Below, piece by piece: positions 61,692-64,000 of a DNA stretch of 64,000 nucleotides. The stretch is taken from NCBI GenBank assembly GCA_973895155.1, contig OZ316891.1, forward strand, positions 24,489,899 to 24,553,898, in the 5' to 3' direction. Made by a program: the position numbers and the translations under genes. This DNA is from Marsupella aquatica (Eukaryota; Plantae; Marchantiophyta). The notes beneath the pieces were generated by a model, which was not told where the DNA came from, did no database searches, and saw only the letters and a program-made list of their open reading frames with translations. Position 1 is the stretch's first letter. Each line of letters begins with the position of its first letter.

Positions 61692-62796
61692 CCAGGAATC
61701 ACTAGGCCAGTTTAAATGGTAAAAATCAAGAGTGTACCCTAGAAACACATTAGTATAGTAACGAAAACAAGGAAAATATAAACAAGTAAGGGTAACTATG
61801 GAACCCAAGCCGAGGCCGAAAGTAAGGACATCGGGGGAGGGAACATGATTAGGGTTAGGGCACGCTAAGTACCGACAGCTATGGGTAACTAACGGGAAGG
61901 AAGACCAGACAAGAGGGGGGTAAGGACCAATTGCAAGGAATGGTGGCTCATTTGCAAGCACGAACTAAGCAGATGACTACGTGAAGCCAACTACTGTCAG
62001 CTGCTTAGGCAAGCACTCGGGGTGGGAGCAGATACCGACTATCAACTCAAGAAGGGTATGAGCAATGTCAATCAAGCTGCTCATTTTTGGGGATGCCTAT
62101 TTGAACGGGCAACTGAGTACATTGGGACCTACAAAGACGAAGAATCGGAGAGAGCAGCTCGAGAATAGCAGGAGCTCGCTCAATTGTGAGAGCTGCAGAA
62201 GTCTACCTTCTTAGGAGGAGAACTCATCAAGGTTGAATTCCTGTGGACACCTACTGGCAACGAGCTAGACCACCTTCTATTTTACAAGAACAGAATTGTT
62301 GGCATCCGGGAAGCCATCAACCACTGCAACAACATACACTGGGAGTTGAAGGGTCGCACAGAGGGGTGGACGAAGGCAACCATGCTGGGAGAAACATCCA
62401 CGACAGCCGCTATGAAGAGGAAAGGAGCCAACAACGAAGAGGCCACCCCTACAAAGAGAATGAGGTTGGCGGCACCAAGGAAGCCAACCGAGCAAGGAAG
62501 CAGGAGGCAGGCAGAAGCCAAAGAGGAGGAGGTCGATCCCATCAATGCCGTTCCAACAAGAGATGACACGTGGAAAGGTTGGGCGACGACCCTTCTTGAG
62601 GAAGTGCAACTACACTTTGCATGTGAAGAGGATGCATGCTTTACGGCTATGCAGACTCGAAAGTACCAGGGCTTCATGGCCGGATCCCGCTTGGAAGCCT
62701 TCATGAAATTAACATGGCTGAAGCCGAAGGTGCCGGATTCAGACTTACTAGAATTTGTGGGATCATGGGAGCCCGAGAGCAATTCCACAAGGGTGT
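61680..62796 (+). mobile_element. 3' LTR (giant ORF-bearing type), interrupted
   Basis: TGTGATGCCTAGCCAGGAATCAC immediately after the PPT. ATG 61798 and peptide blocks match the 7143 ORF. Confidence 0.92.
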
Positions 62797-64000
62797 TGTG
62801 ACACCGCCGGTACAGCGGGTAATGAGTGATTTGGTCTAACCGTGCTTAGCACACGCGTTAGGGGTATCTTAGGCCGTTATTATTAGCATAATGATAGTAT
62901 TTAGGTAGCCATTATGAGTAAGAAATCATTAGTCAATAAGGGAAATTCATGTTCGGGCTGGCGGCAGGTCGCCATTCACACGCCCGGGTTGCGAGCGTGT
63001 ACTGGGCCCCTTTTCCCCCTCCCTCGGGTCCGTATAACAAACTCCGGGAGGCGGCCACTGACACGAGCTGATCCGGACTGGCAAAGTGACCGGTACACTG
63101 CGAGCGTGAAAGGCTCGGCCTATAAGCTATGAGGAGGTGTCGGGCGATCGACGAGCTCTCAGGGTATAAAAGGGGGCCAATCCTTTGCAGTGCACCAGTT
63201 CTTCAGTCCACGCGCCAGCTTCGACCCTAGCTCTCTCGCTTATCCTTAGTCACCTGCTATCTCCTCTGAATGTCGCACACGATCCTTTCCAGTTTGGCCA
63301 TATGATTCTAGACACAGTTCCTGTCTATCGGAGGGCACTTGGCCGACTCATTGAAACACGCCAACCCGCGCCGGTACAAGATGGAACGCGAATACAAAAG
63401 AGCCATCCGCCTAGCAGGTTGCCACCACTATCTCCTTAACTTTGAGTACCCGTCCCAGAGCGGCCCGAAGAGGTATCAGGGTAGTTCTTTGACGGAGGCA
63501 AATATATCAATTTCTAGGAAGCATTGCTTTGGCTCTCGAACGCGGTCTTCACTCTCCGGGCATGATCAACTTGCAGCAACACCACTTCGACCACATCCCT
63601 GCTCGGGTCCAGGCTATCATCAACAACGAGTTCAACACTACCCGGTCGACAGGGCCGTCTGCACTTGCTTTGGAAAACCTCCACCGGCACCTGCAGAACT
63701 TCTTGGCAACTCTACCATCAATGACTAGTGCCAGCCAACCCGTGCCCGTACACGCTCCTACACCTCCTCGGCCTCAGCCGAGCCGGTCCTTGCCACCGGT
63801 TCCACCACCTCTCCGAGTACGATCCGTGGTGAATGCGGTAAATATTAGCTTTGAAGACAAGGAGGCTCACCCTCCTCTGAATAGACGGCCGCAGGGTACG
63901 ACTCAACAAGTGCCGAACAACCCAACACCACTCCAGCAAGCCTGAGGGGATAACACGGTAACTCTAGCGGCCCGCCACCAATACTCACGGCAGTCGCGCT
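62797..64000 (+). mobile_element. Different LTR-like insertion running off the window
   Basis: Abrupt switch mid-ORF to TGTGACACCGCC; TATA-like GGGTATAAAAGGGGG ~63162; candidate TSD GGTGT (62792-62796). Confidence 0.6.

Overview
Eukaryotic (land-plant; TTTAGGG tract, Bianca/CACTA/OTA-type Gypsy elements, GT-AG introns; probably a non-seed plant by inference) heterochromatic window made almost entirely of nested transposable elements, with no conventional host gene. Boundaries were resolved from termini and target-site duplications (TSDs). (1) A minus-strand Gypsy gag (53370->19635) is split by a 20.7-kb CACTA (19776-40454, TSD TCT) and an 11.9-kb Sola2-like DNA transposon (41180-53083, TSD ACCT). 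(2) The CACTA transposase is split by a non-autonomous DNA element (29063-39335, TSD GGTGGTTC) that carries a hairpin satellite and a near-intact Bianca Copia (29625-35468, TSD TATAC). (3) A Gypsy family has a giant ~4.7-kb LTR that itself holds a single ~1,218-aa ORF (solo LTR 2570-7257, TSD GCGTG; the same sequence follows integrase+PPT at 61680). The most notable signals are TE-borne chromatin and DNA-repair modules. These are a SET-domain exon inside the CACTA transposase unit that can splice in frame to the transposase's own first exon, a stand-alone EDM2-like PHD cluster, tandem BRCT domains missed by the ORF track, and RPA1-like OB-fold and RING cargo in the Sola2-like element. Domain calls come from motif recognition by eye, not database searches, and most copies carry nonsense or frameshift lesions.
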